The notes beneath the pieces are model-generated. The model had not been told where the DNA came from. It made no database searches and was given only the letters and a program-made list of their open reading frames with translations. A program made the position numbers and the translations under genes. This document shows, piece by piece, positions 25,364 to 33,585 of a stretch of DNA of 33,585 nucleotides; within the stretch, counting starts at the first letter, position 1, and each line of letters starts with the position of its first letter. The stretch is from a virus (taxonomy: Duplodnaviria > Heunggongvirae > Uroviricota > Caudoviricetes > Peduoviridae): IMG/VR virus record IMGVR_UViG_3300029650_000190; one strand, written 5' to 3'.

Positions 25364-27571
25364 ATGAAATTAAAACTCAAAAACGTAACAAGCTATCACA
25401 AAGAATATTTTACTGAGTTAGATTTGTCCAAAAAAATAAACATATTGTATGGACAAAATGGTTGTGGAAAATCTACCATATCAAATTATTTTTACAATCC
25501 TAAAGACACCGCCTATAAGGAATGTGTATGCGAACCCATCGATAATTATCGAACTCTAGTCTACAACTCAAAATATATAGAAGATAATTTTTATAATGCA
25601 AAAGAGCAAAAAGGTATATTTACCCTCAGTCAAAAAAATGCAGAAATTGAAAAAATACTATCTGAAAAAGAAGAGCTAAACAAATCACTAGCACATCAGC
25701 ATAAAGAAAAAAAAGAATTTATCGAAAAACTCCATGAAGCGAAAAACAAAAAAGAGCAAGAGTGCATAAATTCCATATGGAATAAGACCAAAGACATAAG
25801 AAGCTCAGAATTGAAACAATTAATGAAAGGTCAAATAGGAAGCAAAGCCACTTTCTATTACCATCTAAAAAAGTATACTCCACAAACTGATATTGATATA
25901 AAATCATTAATACAATCTTATAGCAAACTTCTCGAGTTTAAAGGAAAAGAAATACCTCTGATAACTCCTTATAAGGGATATATTTTATCTGAAGAAACTC
26001 AAAAAACATTATCCACACCAATTATTGACTCTAGCAACAGCTATTTATCTGAAGCAATAAAAGAGCTACAAAATATTGATTGGATTAAACAAGGCAAAGA
26101 GCAATATTTAAATGGAGAAATTTGTCCATTTTGCCAAAGGGACACAATAGATGATAATTTTATTAAAGCCATTGAATCTATCTTTGATGAAACATACTCA
26201 AGAAAAGTAGATCAAATACAACAAATAAAACTATCTTATGATAATGCCATTAAAAATCATCATGAAGAAATAAAGAGTAACATTTTATCATGTGAGGTGA
26301 TAAACCAAGACGAAAAAGATAAAAGCCTTTCATATGTTAAGGCATTAGAAACTATTGCAGAAAAAAACATTAAATTATTGGATAATAAAATAGAAAATCC
26401 ATCTATAAGCATTGTGCTGGAATTTGAAAAGTCGATAGAGGAAAAACTATTAGAAGATATAGAACAATACAACAATAAAATTAACGAGTTCAATGACAAA
26501 GTAAAAAGATTTAATAATAGCGAAATAGATATTCGCGAAAAGATGTGGGCAGCAATCAGAGACTTATGTAGCGCGGAATTTGAAATACTATCAGACTGCG
26601 AAAGAAACTTTCAAGAAAAATATGAAAACGCTGCATCCTTCATGCAGGAAATAAAAAGAAAAGAAGAGATCAACACAAATGAAATCAATGAACTAAGAAA
26701 TAAAACATCAAGTGTAGATGCAACAATAGATGCAATAAACTCACGACTTAAATTTCTTGGCATCTCTGGTTTTAGCATTGATAAACACGCCGAACTCAAA
26801 GATAAGTATATAATATCCCGCGATGGAAACAATAGAAAACAAGATGTATATCGGTCATTAAGCGAAGGTGAAAAAACATTAATAACGTTTCTATATTTTT
26901 TAGAATGTTGCAAGGGTAAAACAAATGAAAATGATACTGATATGCGTGATAAACTCATAGTTATAGATGATCCTATATCAAGTCTATCTCAAAACTATGT
27001 TTTCGACATAGCATCCATGATCCATCATGACATAATTGAAAAAGGCATTTCATCAAAAATAATAATCCTCACCCATAATCTTTATTTCTTCCATGAGTTA
27101 ATAAAACTCGCCTCTAAAAAAGGAATAAACTTTAAACGGGACTACTTTCTTGGCAGAATAAACAAAAATGAATTTAGCACCATTAGTGCTATAGATAAAA
27201 AAAGTGTGCAAAATGAATACCAATCCCTTTGGCAAGTATTAAAAGATGCAAAAGAGAAAAAAATCAACAAAATAATAATCCCAAATATTATGAGAAATAT
27301 ACTTGAGTATTACTTTGCATTTGTTCATAGAACTGACGCATTAGAGGCAAAGCTTACTGAATTAACAAATGATGAAAATAACAGCCATTTCCGTGCCTTT
27401 TACAGATATATAAACAGAGGCTCTCACTCCGACGCAATAAATATAACAGATATGGGCGATATTGAACCTGAGAAATACTTAGAACTCTTGCACAAAATAT
27501 TCAGAATGACAGGTGATGAGAAACATTACTTAACAATGATGGGTGAAGAAGAGGTAAATGTTACCGCTTAG
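25364..27571 (+). CDS. Cargo gene at the cos/A (tin-old) variable locus: 735-aa split ABC-type ATPase with long inserted region carrying a CxxC motif and a C-terminal putative nuclease domain; RloC/PrrC-like (AAA_13-type) candidate anti-phage abortive-infection protein
   Basis: Walker A GQNGCGKST (aa 30-38, nt 25451..25477); CPFC (aa 254-257, nt 26123..26134); signature-like LSEGEK (about aa 498-503); Walker B DKLIVIDD (aa 529-536, from nt 26948); H-loop IILTHN (about aa 565-570); C-terminal domain with RNILE (R-x3-E) and downstream His residues; strongly AT-rich relative to the phage backbone; opposite orientation to A, like P2 old. Confidence 0.8.
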   Translation: MKLKLKNVTSYHKEYFTELDLSKKINILYGQNGCGKSTISNYFYNPKDTAYKECVCEPIDNYRTLVYNSKYIEDNFYNAKEQKGIFTLSQKNAEIEKILSEKEELNKSLAHQHKEKKEFIEKLHEAKNKKEQECINSIWNKTKDIRSSELKQLMKGQIGSKATFYYHLKKYTPQTDIDIKSLIQSYSKLLEFKGKEIPLITPYKGYILSEETQKTLSTPIIDSSNSYLSEAIKELQNIDWIKQGKEQYLNGEICPFCQRDTIDDNFIKAIESIFDETYSRKVDQIQQIKLSYDNAIKNHHEEIKSNILSCEVINQDEKDKSLSYVKALETIAEKNIKLLDNKIENPSISIVLEFEKSIEEKLLEDIEQYNNKINEFNDKVKRFNNSEIDIREKMWAAIRDLCSAEFEILSDCERNFQEKYENAASFMQEIKRKEEINTNEINELRNKTSSVDATIDAINSRLKFLGISGFSIDKHAELKDKYIISRDGNNRKQDVYRSLSEGEKTLITFLYFLECCKGKTNENDTDMRDKLIVIDDPISSLSQNYVFDIASMIHHDIIEKGISSKIIILTHNLYFFHELIKLASKKGINFKRDYFLGRINKNEFSTISAIDKKSVQNEYQSLWQVLKDAKEKKINKIIIPNIMRNILEYYFAFVHRTDALEAKLTELTNDENNSHFRAFYRYINRGSHSDAINITDMGDIEPEKYLELLHKIFRMTGDEKHYLTMMGEEEVNVTA

Positions 27572-27798
27572 GCCGCATATTACCGATTCGGGTAAGAACG
27601 ACGGTGCTTACGCACCGTCTCCCAGCGCCCAAAGCGGTAGCGGTTGTACTGTCGTACATTCACTAACCTTAACATGAGATTATCTCCATGCCGGCACCAT
27701 TGTTGCCAATGGCAGCCTTTATACCCTTTGTATAAAGCTAATACTAAGAGCATTGCTAGGTAGATTTCCCAAGCGGTAACGTGGGTATTCTAAGACAA

Positions 27799-30087
27799 TT
27801 ACTTAAAAAGATCAAAGCCACTAAAAAACTGCTTCCACTCACCACTTATTGGATATATAAACTTTCGTCCGTCAAACTTTACCGTCGCGCCACGCGCCAG
27901 CGCCTCAAGCTCCCATCGCAGCGGCCTAATACCGTTCTGAGCAAGGTCAACGCGGATACGGGTAATTTGCATTCTTTCCGACCGGGTCAGCCTAGCGGAT
28001 GGCGCTATTTCATGTGGTTTTAACGGGCTTCCGTTTCTTTGCTGACGATTTGGTCTTCTCAGGCCGTGTTTTAATGCCCCCCTGAGCACCCTCACGACCT
28101 CCGGATCATTCCATTCAATAACACCGTCATCTACCAGATTAAGCACTGCTGCGGCGTGTTCAGAAGGCGTGGGAGCCGGTGACGAAGTATCACCACCGGT
28201 GAGCTTTCCACAGTTATTGACAGGACTCCGAGGCGCGGCGATGCCGCTTTTTAAAGTCAAAGGCTCAACGACCGGCACTTTCGGAACAATGCGCCAGTCC
28301 GTCGTTCTGGTGATATGAATATGACGCGCGCCGAGATGCGGCGCGTAAATGCCGACCACTCTCTCGACTTCTTCCTCGTACTCGTTAACTTCATCCGACG
28401 GACTACGGGCGACCCTGACAGTCTGACAATCGCGTGGGACATTTGCCCCGCCCTGCGCGCTGATATACAACGCAAAATCACCACTGTCTGCGGCGGCGCG
28501 TGCAGCTTCGACGCGTTCGTCAAACTCATCAGCAATGCTGACGCCGCGAGGCAATTTGCGTAGTTCACGGTAAGCCCCCATTGTCGGCAGACCAACCGTT
28601 TTAAATTGCGGGATACGCCACGTTGACGCCCATGCGGTAACAGCCGCTGCAGTGTCTTTCAGCGGTCTGCCGGTATCGTTATCGAGCTGCCCATCCAGTG
28701 CATAGCCGTCGATATTTTTTGAGATGTATTTCGCGATATACCCCGCAGCACCGCCCCGATTAAGATGTTTTGCCTGAAAACGGTTTCGCGCAGCTCCTCT
28801 TTCGTCGCCATCCTCTTTGAGCGCGTAGCGACGCATGATTTCGATAATCTGGTTACGCTGGCGTGGATTACAAAAAAGCATCATATGCCAGTGCGGCGTT
28901 CCGTCGTGGTGTGGCTCGACGACTCGCAAACCGTAGACCTGTAAATCATTATCCTTGAATGCCGTGCGCATCAGGCTCCAGATACGGCAGAGATAACGCT
29001 GCGCATCCTTTGGATTAAATGCCTCATCGTTCCAGCCGTGATTTAGCTGGACGGTTTTACTTTCGCCTTTTCCAACCTGACGTGTCGGGTGATACTTTGA
29101 CGGCGCGGTCAGCGTGATAAACATCCCCACATCACCTTCTGCGGCGGCGTAACGCTCAATACCGGCAATGGTGTTCATCAGCTCCATCCGGCGAATTTCA
29201 GGATTAGAAATACTGCCCATCACCTTACTGATAAGGTCGATGCGCTCGCCTGTTTCCCTGTTTTCGAGATCACACGATTTAAGAAATTCCAGATTTGCCT
29301 GGCGGCGTGCACGCACATCACGAATGGCATGTTTACTGGCATAAGGAGAACGGTCTTTATTGACCTCCCCGACAGCAATCAGTAACGCCTCATGCCAGCG
29401 CATACGCTGGCCTTTAAGCTGACTAATCCACCACTCATCGTTAAACAGACGGGCAATGGCAGAATATGCCTGCCTCGTGGTCATCTGTCCTTTACGGTAT
29501 TTTTTCCAGTAGAGAGGGGAAATATTGAAAGCACGTGCAGCGCCAGCAACATGACCATAGAGGTGAGCCTGCGCCTCATCCGTAAACAGCGATTCTTTTT
29601 CGCCATGCGCATCCACCCAGGCATCGCTGAGTTCCTCATACATCATGAAAAGCTGCGATGAGATACGGGCGGCAAACTTTTTCAGCTCCTTGTCATTCAT
29701 TCCCGGCAGGCGCGCATAGTGGTCACGCTCAGCCAGAAACAGCATCGACGCGTCGGTGTTCATTTCATGGCGCTGATTCACACGCTCAATGCGCGGCCAT
29801 AAACGACGCTGAAAAGTGGATGTGAGGAAATAAAACCCGTGCACCGGGCTTTTATTGCGCCGGATGTAGTCATAGCGTGACGTAAACAGCGAGCGCAAAA
29901 AGTAAGGCAGGCGGTTAATCGTGGATAAAACACCTTGCACCTGACGCATCTCGTCACGTGTAAGGGGTCTTTCGCGCCCGACAGCCTCGCGTGGCGCGTT
30001 CCATGCATAAGCACCGGTAAACGCCTTACCGGTGCCTGCAGCAAATGCTGACGGAGGGACAAAACGCCCGGAGGCTTTAACGGCCAT
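27799..30087 (-). CDS. A: Replication initiation protein A (rolling-circle nickase)
   Basis: 762-aa product from MAVKASGRFVPPSAFAAGTGKAFTGAYAWNAPREAVGRERPLTRDEMRQ... (internal Met of ORF 27799..30129); matches P2 gpA. Confidence 0.92.
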   Translation of the reverse strand: MAVKASGRFVPPSAFAAGTGKAFTGAYAWNAPREAVGRERPLTRDEMRQVQGVLSTINRLPYFLRSLFTSRYDYIRRNKSPVHGFYFLTSTFQRRLWPRIERVNQRHEMNTDASMLFLAERDHYARLPGMNDKELKKFAARISSQLFMMYEELSDAWVDAHGEKESLFTDEAQAHLYGHVAGAARAFNISPLYWKKYRKGQMTTRQAYSAIARLFNDEWWISQLKGQRMRWHEALLIAVGEVNKDRSPYASKHAIRDVRARRQANLEFLKSCDLENRETGERIDLISKVMGSISNPEIRRMELMNTIAGIERYAAAEGDVGMFITLTAPSKYHPTRQVGKGESKTVQLNHGWNDEAFNPKDAQRYLCRIWSLMRTAFKDNDLQVYGLRVVEPHHDGTPHWHMMLFCNPRQRNQIIEIMRRYALKEDGDERGAARNRFQAKHLNRGGAAGYIAKYISKNIDGYALDGQLDNDTGRPLKDTAAAVTAWASTWRIPQFKTVGLPTMGAYRELRKLPRGVSIADEFDERVEAARAAADSGDFALYISAQGGANVPRDCQTVRVARSPSDEVNEYEEEVERVVGIYAPHLGARHIHITRTTDWRIVPKVPVVEPLTLKSGIAAPRSPVNNCGKLTGGDTSSPAPTPSEHAAAVLNLVDDGVIEWNDPEVVRVLRGALKHGLRRPNRQQRNGSPLKPHEIAPSARLTRSERMQITRIRVDLAQNGIRPLRWELEALARGATVKFDGRKFIYPISGEWKQFFSGFDLFK

Positions 30088-30352
30088 ATGAGCCAAAAGC
30101 CTCTGAACAACGCTTGCTGAGTTGCTCAACCTGCGCGTTTAAATCAGCAAAAGACTTTGCGCTTCCGGTCAGAATATCGTGATGCATCAGGCCGGAAACG
30201 AGCTGGCTTAATTTCGGGTAATAACCAACCACCGCCAGCCATTCCTGACCGGCGTTTTTACCGCTTTCCGCTCTCTTTTTCTCGTGGAGAATAAACTGGA
30301 AGCTGTCACTGGTAACGACATAACGTTCGCCAATTTCAATACGAATACTCAT
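30077..30352 (-). CDS. Early-operon hypothetical protein (P2 Orf83-like)
   Basis: 91-aa ORF immediately upstream of A, overlapping the A start; position as in P2. Confidence 0.7.
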   Translation of the reverse strand: MSIRIEIGERYVVTSDSFQFILHEKKRAESGKNAGQEWLAVVGYYPKLSQLVSGLMHHDILTGSAKSFADLNAQVEQLSKRCSEAFGSYGR

Positions 30353-30573
30353 GCCGTTCTCCGGTAATGTTTGTTTTTTGCTTCAAAGACTGACTGACAG
30401 GAAACACAACGCGTGGCTGACGGGTAAGCCGCACGACGGGCAGCAGGTATTGGCGCGTCACACTCTTCGCAAACCAGCGCAGAAGCACCGCAATGTTTTA
30501 CCCTTGCCGCGTTAATCTGGCGCTCCAGTAATTCAGCCTGTTGTTCCTGAATAAAATCTACGTTGTCCGGCAT
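30349..30573 (-). CDS. DksA/TraR-type C4 zinc-finger protein (P2 Orf82-like)
   Basis: 74-aa ORF with CGASALVCEECDAPIPAARRAAYPSATRCVSCQ: four Cys in CxxxxxC...CxxC arrangement typical of TraR/DksA zinc fingers. Confidence 0.75.
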   Translation of the reverse strand: MPDNVDFIQEQQAELLERQINAARVKHCGASALVCEECDAPIPAARRAAYPSATRCVSCQSVFEAKNKHYRRTA

Positions 30574-30575
30574 TA

Positions 30576-30878
30576 TCAGCTCCTTTTATCGTTAAGTTGC
30601 CTGGATACATCAGCGCAATAACTGGCAAGTTCTGTCGTTAATTTTGTCAGTTCATCCACTGAGGAAATTTGCTTGTGGAATACAGCGCGTTTAACAAGTA
30701 AATTGACCACATCAGACAGGAGGTTTAATTCATTCTGATAAATCGCGATAACAGATTCAGTGATGTCGCGTTTTTCTTTATCAAGACAAAGTTGAATAAG
30801 AGACAAATCGCCATTTTTCATAACGGCGATTTTTAAGGCGTTATTCAGTAATACAACTGAATGAGAACAGGACATCAA
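30576..30878 (-). CDS. Early-operon hypothetical protein (P2 Orf81-like)
   Basis: 100-aa ORF, tightly packed with neighbours on the same strand; no recognisable motif. Confidence 0.6.
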   Translation of the reverse strand: MMSCSHSVVLLNNALKIAVMKNGDLSLIQLCLDKEKRDITESVIAIYQNELNLLSDVVNLLVKRAVFHKQISSVDELTKLTTELASYCADVSRQLNDKRS

Positions 30879-31099
30879 AGCACCTCCCCGCGAGACAATC
30901 CGATATTGTGAAATTTTTCCGACTCCTGACTGAGCAGCTCGACTATCTCCACGCGGGATAACTCCGCCTTTGTGATATGGCGAATCATGGCGTCAAGATG
31001 AGAAGAAAAGCGCGTCGCAGCGTCGGCCTGTGCTTCGGTTCTGGCCTGTTGCAGCAGTAATGCGTATTTACCGCACTGATTTTCAGAAACTGTATGCAT
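30875..31099 (-). CDS. Early-operon hypothetical protein (P2 Orf80-like)
   Basis: 74-aa ORF, overlaps the next gene by 4 nt; position downstream of B as in P2. Confidence 0.6.
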   Translation of the reverse strand: MHTVSENQCGKYALLLQQARTEAQADAATRFSSHLDAMIRHITKAELSRVEIVELLSQESEKFHNIGLSRGEVL

Positions 31100-31162
31100 G
31101 ACTTTCTCCAGGCAAAAAGAAGCCCCGCACGATTAAGTGCGTTAAAAACTCTGGTTAATTAT

Positions 31163-31663
31163 TTAATGCAAATATTGCTCTGGTTTTACCGACGTCAGAA
31201 TTGTCGGTGCATACTCAAACAGACTGAATAGTTCACGTAATGCACGGAATAAAGCATCACGCCAGTAACATGACTCTTCATTAATTCGCCAGTATGGCTG
31301 ATTGAATTCTTTTTCAGTCAATCCGGCATGCATAAATAAAGTACGACGCTGACTGACTGTTAAAAAACTAATATATGCATACTCACTTGCGCCAACCTGA
31401 CGGCGTTTTGAGAATGCCCCACGCAATTCATCAATTGCACAAACCAGCCGTTCACGTTCGACGTCGTTCATTTCTTCAAAACGCATCGTTGCGTGACGTT
31501 GTTTTAACTGCGCATGAAAGCAAACTGTTAGCCGTTCGCGCTCCATCATCTGATTATAATAATCACATGTATCCTGCCAACGAGGGACGGCAAGATGCTT
31601 ACCAATTATCCGGCGCATAGCTGCTGGCTGTTTTTCGACGAGATTGAGCGTCATCACTGTCAT
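31163..31663 (-). CDS. B: Replication protein B (helicase loader-like)
   Basis: 166-aa ORF MTVMTLNLVEKQPAAMRRIIGKHLAVPRWQDTCDYYNQ...; size and sequence P2 gpB-like. Confidence 0.88.
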   Translation of the reverse strand: MTVMTLNLVEKQPAAMRRIIGKHLAVPRWQDTCDYYNQMMERERLTVCFHAQLKQRHATMRFEEMNDVERERLVCAIDELRGAFSKRRQVGASEYAYISFLTVSQRRTLFMHAGLTEKEFNQPYWRINEESCYWRDALFRALRELFSLFEYAPTILTSVKPEQYLH

Positions 31664-31857
31664 TTCCAGACCCTCCGGCTTTTCAGAAAGGTCAGAGCCT
31701 TTTTTAACGGACTCTGTTTTTTGGTGCGGATAATGATTCCCTTGCGACCCTTCCCGTGGGTGATGGTGAAGTCAATCGCCCTGGGGCTTTCGTTACGCAA
31801 TAACTGAGCAATACAACGCGGCTCATTCATAATCACAACCCCATCCACAAAAGCCAT
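31660..31857 (-). CDS. Small early protein (P2 Orf78-like)
   Basis: 65-aa basic ORF between cox and B, overlapping both; position as P2 orf78. Confidence 0.55.
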   Translation of the reverse strand: MAFVDGVVIMNEPRCIAQLLRNESPRAIDFTITHGKGRKGIIIRTKKQSPLKKALTFLKSRRVWK

Positions 31858-32105
31858 GCATCACGCTGTTCAACCGGTCGGTTATAAAACGCCTCACGTA
31901 CAGCGCGATTAAACTCAGGAATGAAAACCCATTTTTCACCGGCACGAGCCTTCGGTTTGCAAGGATCACGCAATTCAATAATTGGTAATTTATTTGCCTT
32001 CACCATTTCACTGACGGCTGTCTTTGGCTTCCCTAATAAATCAGCAAATTTATCCACATGAACCGCATCAAGCGGATACTGAATCACATAATTTTCAGCG
32101 TCCAT
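31833..32105 (-). CDS. cox: Cox (excisionase / repressor of Pc; winged-helix DNA-binding protein)
   Basis: About 90-aa product ending ...RDAWLLWMGL; first gene of the early operon divergent from C; start placed at Met6 of ORF 31833..32120 because of a GAGGG RBS (alternative start at 32120). Confidence 0.75.
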   Translation of the reverse strand: MDAENYVIQYPLDAVHVDKFADLLGKPKTAVSEMVKANKLPIIELRDPCKPKARAGEKWVFIPEFNRAVREAFYNRPVEQRDAWLLWMGL

Positions 32106-32120
32106 ATATGGTACCCTCAT

Positions 32121-32241
32121 AGGATCCAGCCCTTTCTAAACCACTCAAAACCGTTTAGACGCTGGTTTATTCTCAAATCAATGGAACCTATATAGGTTCC
32201 AGTTTTGAGGGAATTTAGTCCCTATATAGGCACCATGTCAA
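32121..32241. promoter_or_regulatory. Divergent Pe/Pc immunity switch region with two copies of the 10-bp palindrome cctatatagg (candidate operators)
   Basis: ggaacctatataggttcc around 32183..32200 and tccctatataggcacc around 32219..32234; both embed TATA-rich -10-like sequence; lies between the divergent cox and C starts. Confidence 0.6.
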
Positions 32242-32535
32242 ATGAAATTAAGCGAAAAGATTAAGGCCTTGCGTGAGGCTGAAGGGCTAAGCCAATCAAA
32301 ATTCTGTGAAATCATAGAGTTACCGCTAAGCACACTAAAAAAATATGAAGGAGGAAACTTTGAACCCGGTGGCACAGCTTTGCTAAAAATCACTATGCAT
32401 CCCACATTCCAAAAATATGCTCTATGGCTTATGACAGATAAAACCGCGCCGGACGCAGGACAAATCGCACCGGCTCTCGCGCACATTGGGCCAGAGTCAA
32501 CAGAGTCCAACCACTCCGCGAAAAGGATTGGCTAA
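32242..32535 (+). CDS. C: Immunity repressor C
   Basis: 97-aa ORF MKLSEKIKALREAEGLSQSKFCEIIELPLSTLKKYEGG... with helix-turn-helix region; C-terminal ...GQIAPALAHIG... resembles P2 C as I recall it; divergent from cox. Confidence 0.85.
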   Translation: MKLSEKIKALREAEGLSQSKFCEIIELPLSTLKKYEGGNFEPGGTALLKITMHPTFQKYALWLMTDKTAPDAGQIAPALAHIGPESTESNHSAKRIG

Positions 32536-32604
32536 CTCTATATAAAGATTACATTTTCACCATTTGCTACCAAGATGGTGAATACAGCGCCGGAGGGCTT
32601 TCTT

Positions 32605-33585
32605 ATGGCAATTAAGAAGCTCGATGATGGTCGCTATGAAGTGGACATTAGACCTCGCGGTCGCGACGGAAAACGCATCCGCAGGAAATTCGAAAGAAAA
32701 GCTGAAGCACTAGCATTTGAGCGATACACAATCGCCAATGCCAGTCAGAAAGAATGGGGAGGCCAGCGAGCAGACCGCCGGACTTTGAGTGAGTTGCTGG
32801 ACATCTGGTGGAAATATCACGGGCAAAACCACGAGCATGGAACAAAAGAGTTTAATCATCTACTCAAAACCATCAGCGGCATAGGTGATATACCAGTGAG
32901 CAGGATGAGCAAAAGGGCTTTGATGGATTATCGTTCCATGCGACTACGTGATGGTATCAGTGCCGCAACGATAAACCGTGACATGTACAGATTATCCGGC
33001 ATGTTCACAAAATTAATTCAATTGGATGAATTTTCCGGGCAACACCCAATTCACGGACTGCCGCCACTGGCGGAGGCCAACCCTGAAATGACGTTCCTGG
33101 AAAAAGCAGAAATCGAAAAACTGTTAAATGTTTTGGCTGGTGATGACTTACTTGTCGCGCTTTTATGTCTGAGCACTGGAGGAAGATGGACGGAAGTTGC
33201 CACGCTAAAACCAGCACAGATTACAAATTGCAGGGTTACCTTCCTGAAAACCAAAAACGGTAAAAAGCGAACCGTGCCGATTTCTGAGGAACTGGAGAAA
33301 AAAGTTAAAGAGGAGGCCAGCGCCAAATTATTCAAAGTTGATTATGAGAAATTTTGCGGGATTTTACGCAGAGTGAAACCTGATATACCACCCAATCAGG
33401 CAACCCACATCCTGCGGCATACATTCGCAAGCCATTTCATGATGAATGGGGGCAATATAATCGCACTGCAACAGATTCTGGGACATGCGAGCATTCAGCA
33501 GACGATGGCCTATGCGCACCTTGCGCCTGACTATCTGCAAAATGCCGTCGCTCTGAATCCACTAAAAGGCGGAGTGACGTTATAA
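32605..33585 (+). CDS. int: Tyrosine-type site-specific integrase
   Basis: 326-aa product from MAIKKLDDGRYEVDIRPRG...; C-terminal catalytic region with ...HILRHTFASHFMMNGGNIIALQQILGHASIQQTMAYAHL (H-x-x-R and catalytic Tyr); GGAGGG RBS before ATG 32605 (alternative ATG at 32575); stop is the last codon of the window. Confidence 0.85.
   Translation: MAIKKLDDGRYEVDIRPRGRDGKRIRRKFERKAEALAFERYTIANASQKEWGGQRADRRTLSELLDIWWKYHGQNHEHGTKEFNHLLKTISGIGDIPVSRMSKRALMDYRSMRLRDGISAATINRDMYRLSGMFTKLIQLDEFSGQHPIHGLPPLAEANPEMTFLEKAEIEKLLNVLAGDDLLVALLCLSTGGRWTEVATLKPAQITNCRVTFLKTKNGKKRTVPISEELEKKVKEEASAKLFKVDYEKFCGILRRVKPDIPPNQATHILRHTFASHFMMNGGNIIALQQILGHASIQQTMAYAHLAPDYLQNAVALNPLKGGVTL

Larger units (their letters stand above)
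1112..33585 (-). mobile_element. P2-like prophage (Peduovirus), nearly complete, inverted; ogr-proximal junction somewhere in 904..1139, integrase-proximal junction beyond the window end
   Basis: Contiguous P2 gene order ogr-D-U-T-E-FII-FI-[cargo]-G-H-I-J-W-V-S-R-lysCBA-K-Y-X-L-M-N-O / P-Q-cos-[cargo]-A-orf83..80-B-orf78-cox / C-int; flanked on the left by host fieF. Confidence 0.9.

Noticed and set aside
25364-27571. Possibility that the 735-aa cargo protein is simply the P2 Old protein
   Set aside because: I could not find a TOPRIM-like signature in the C-terminal part, and the long insertion with a CxxC motif between the two halves of the ATPase head fits a Rad50/RloC-type layout instead.
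27572-27798. Possible tRNA or tRNA fragment in the hairpin-rich convergent intergenic region
   Set aside because: No cloverleaf with acceptor stem, T-loop (GTTC) or CCA could be assembled by eye; hairpins are more simply explained as convergent-transcription terminators.
31833-32120. Cox start at the first Met of the 95-aa ORF (32120)
   Set aside because: The internal Met at 32105 has a better GAGGG Shine-Dalgarno at appropriate spacing and yields a length closer to P2 Cox; the longer form is kept as an alternative only.
32575-32604. Integrase start at the first ATG of the ORF (32575, 336 aa)
   Set aside because: No obvious RBS precedes it, whereas ATG 32605 follows GGAGGG by about 7 nt; the upstream start is not excluded.
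1-33585. CRISPR array or other long tandem DNA repeats
   Set aside because: No regularly spaced direct repeats of 25-40 bp were seen anywhere; the only repeats are short palindromes and hairpins and the protein-level repeats in the tail fiber.

Overview
The window is almost entirely a P2-like (Peduovirus) temperate prophage in an Escherichia-type chromosome, reading in inverted orientation relative to the window. The host gene fieF (1..903, minus) is followed by the ogr-proximal prophage end, then the complete late region (ogr, D, U, T, E/E+E', FII, FI, G, H, I, J, W, V, S, R, lysC/B/A, K, Y, X, L, M, N, O on minus; P, Q on plus), the cos site, the early replication operon (A, orf83-80, B, orf78, cox on minus) and the C repressor and integrase (plus), which ends at the last base of the window. 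The attL side therefore lies outside the window. Gene order and protein sizes match P2 closely. Two visibly AT-rich cargo islands sit at the two classic P2 variable loci. (1) Between FI and G (the Z/fun position) there is a 345-aa four-helix membrane coiled-coil protein plus about 650 bp of AT-rich sequence with no long ORF. (2) Between cos and the 3' end of A (the tin/old position) there is a 735-aa protein with a split ABC-type ATPase (Walker A at the N-terminus; signature-like, Walker B and H-loop near the C-terminus), a CxxC motif in the long inserted region, and a C-terminal domain of about 165 aa with an R-x3-E...H pattern. I read this as a single-gene RloC/PrrC-like (AAA_13-type) candidate abortive-infection or anti-phage effector, and it is the most likely home of a novel system in this window. 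All calls are from reading the sequence and recalled family knowledge; no database search was run, and sub-ORF coordinates derived by codon arithmetic could be off by a base or two.
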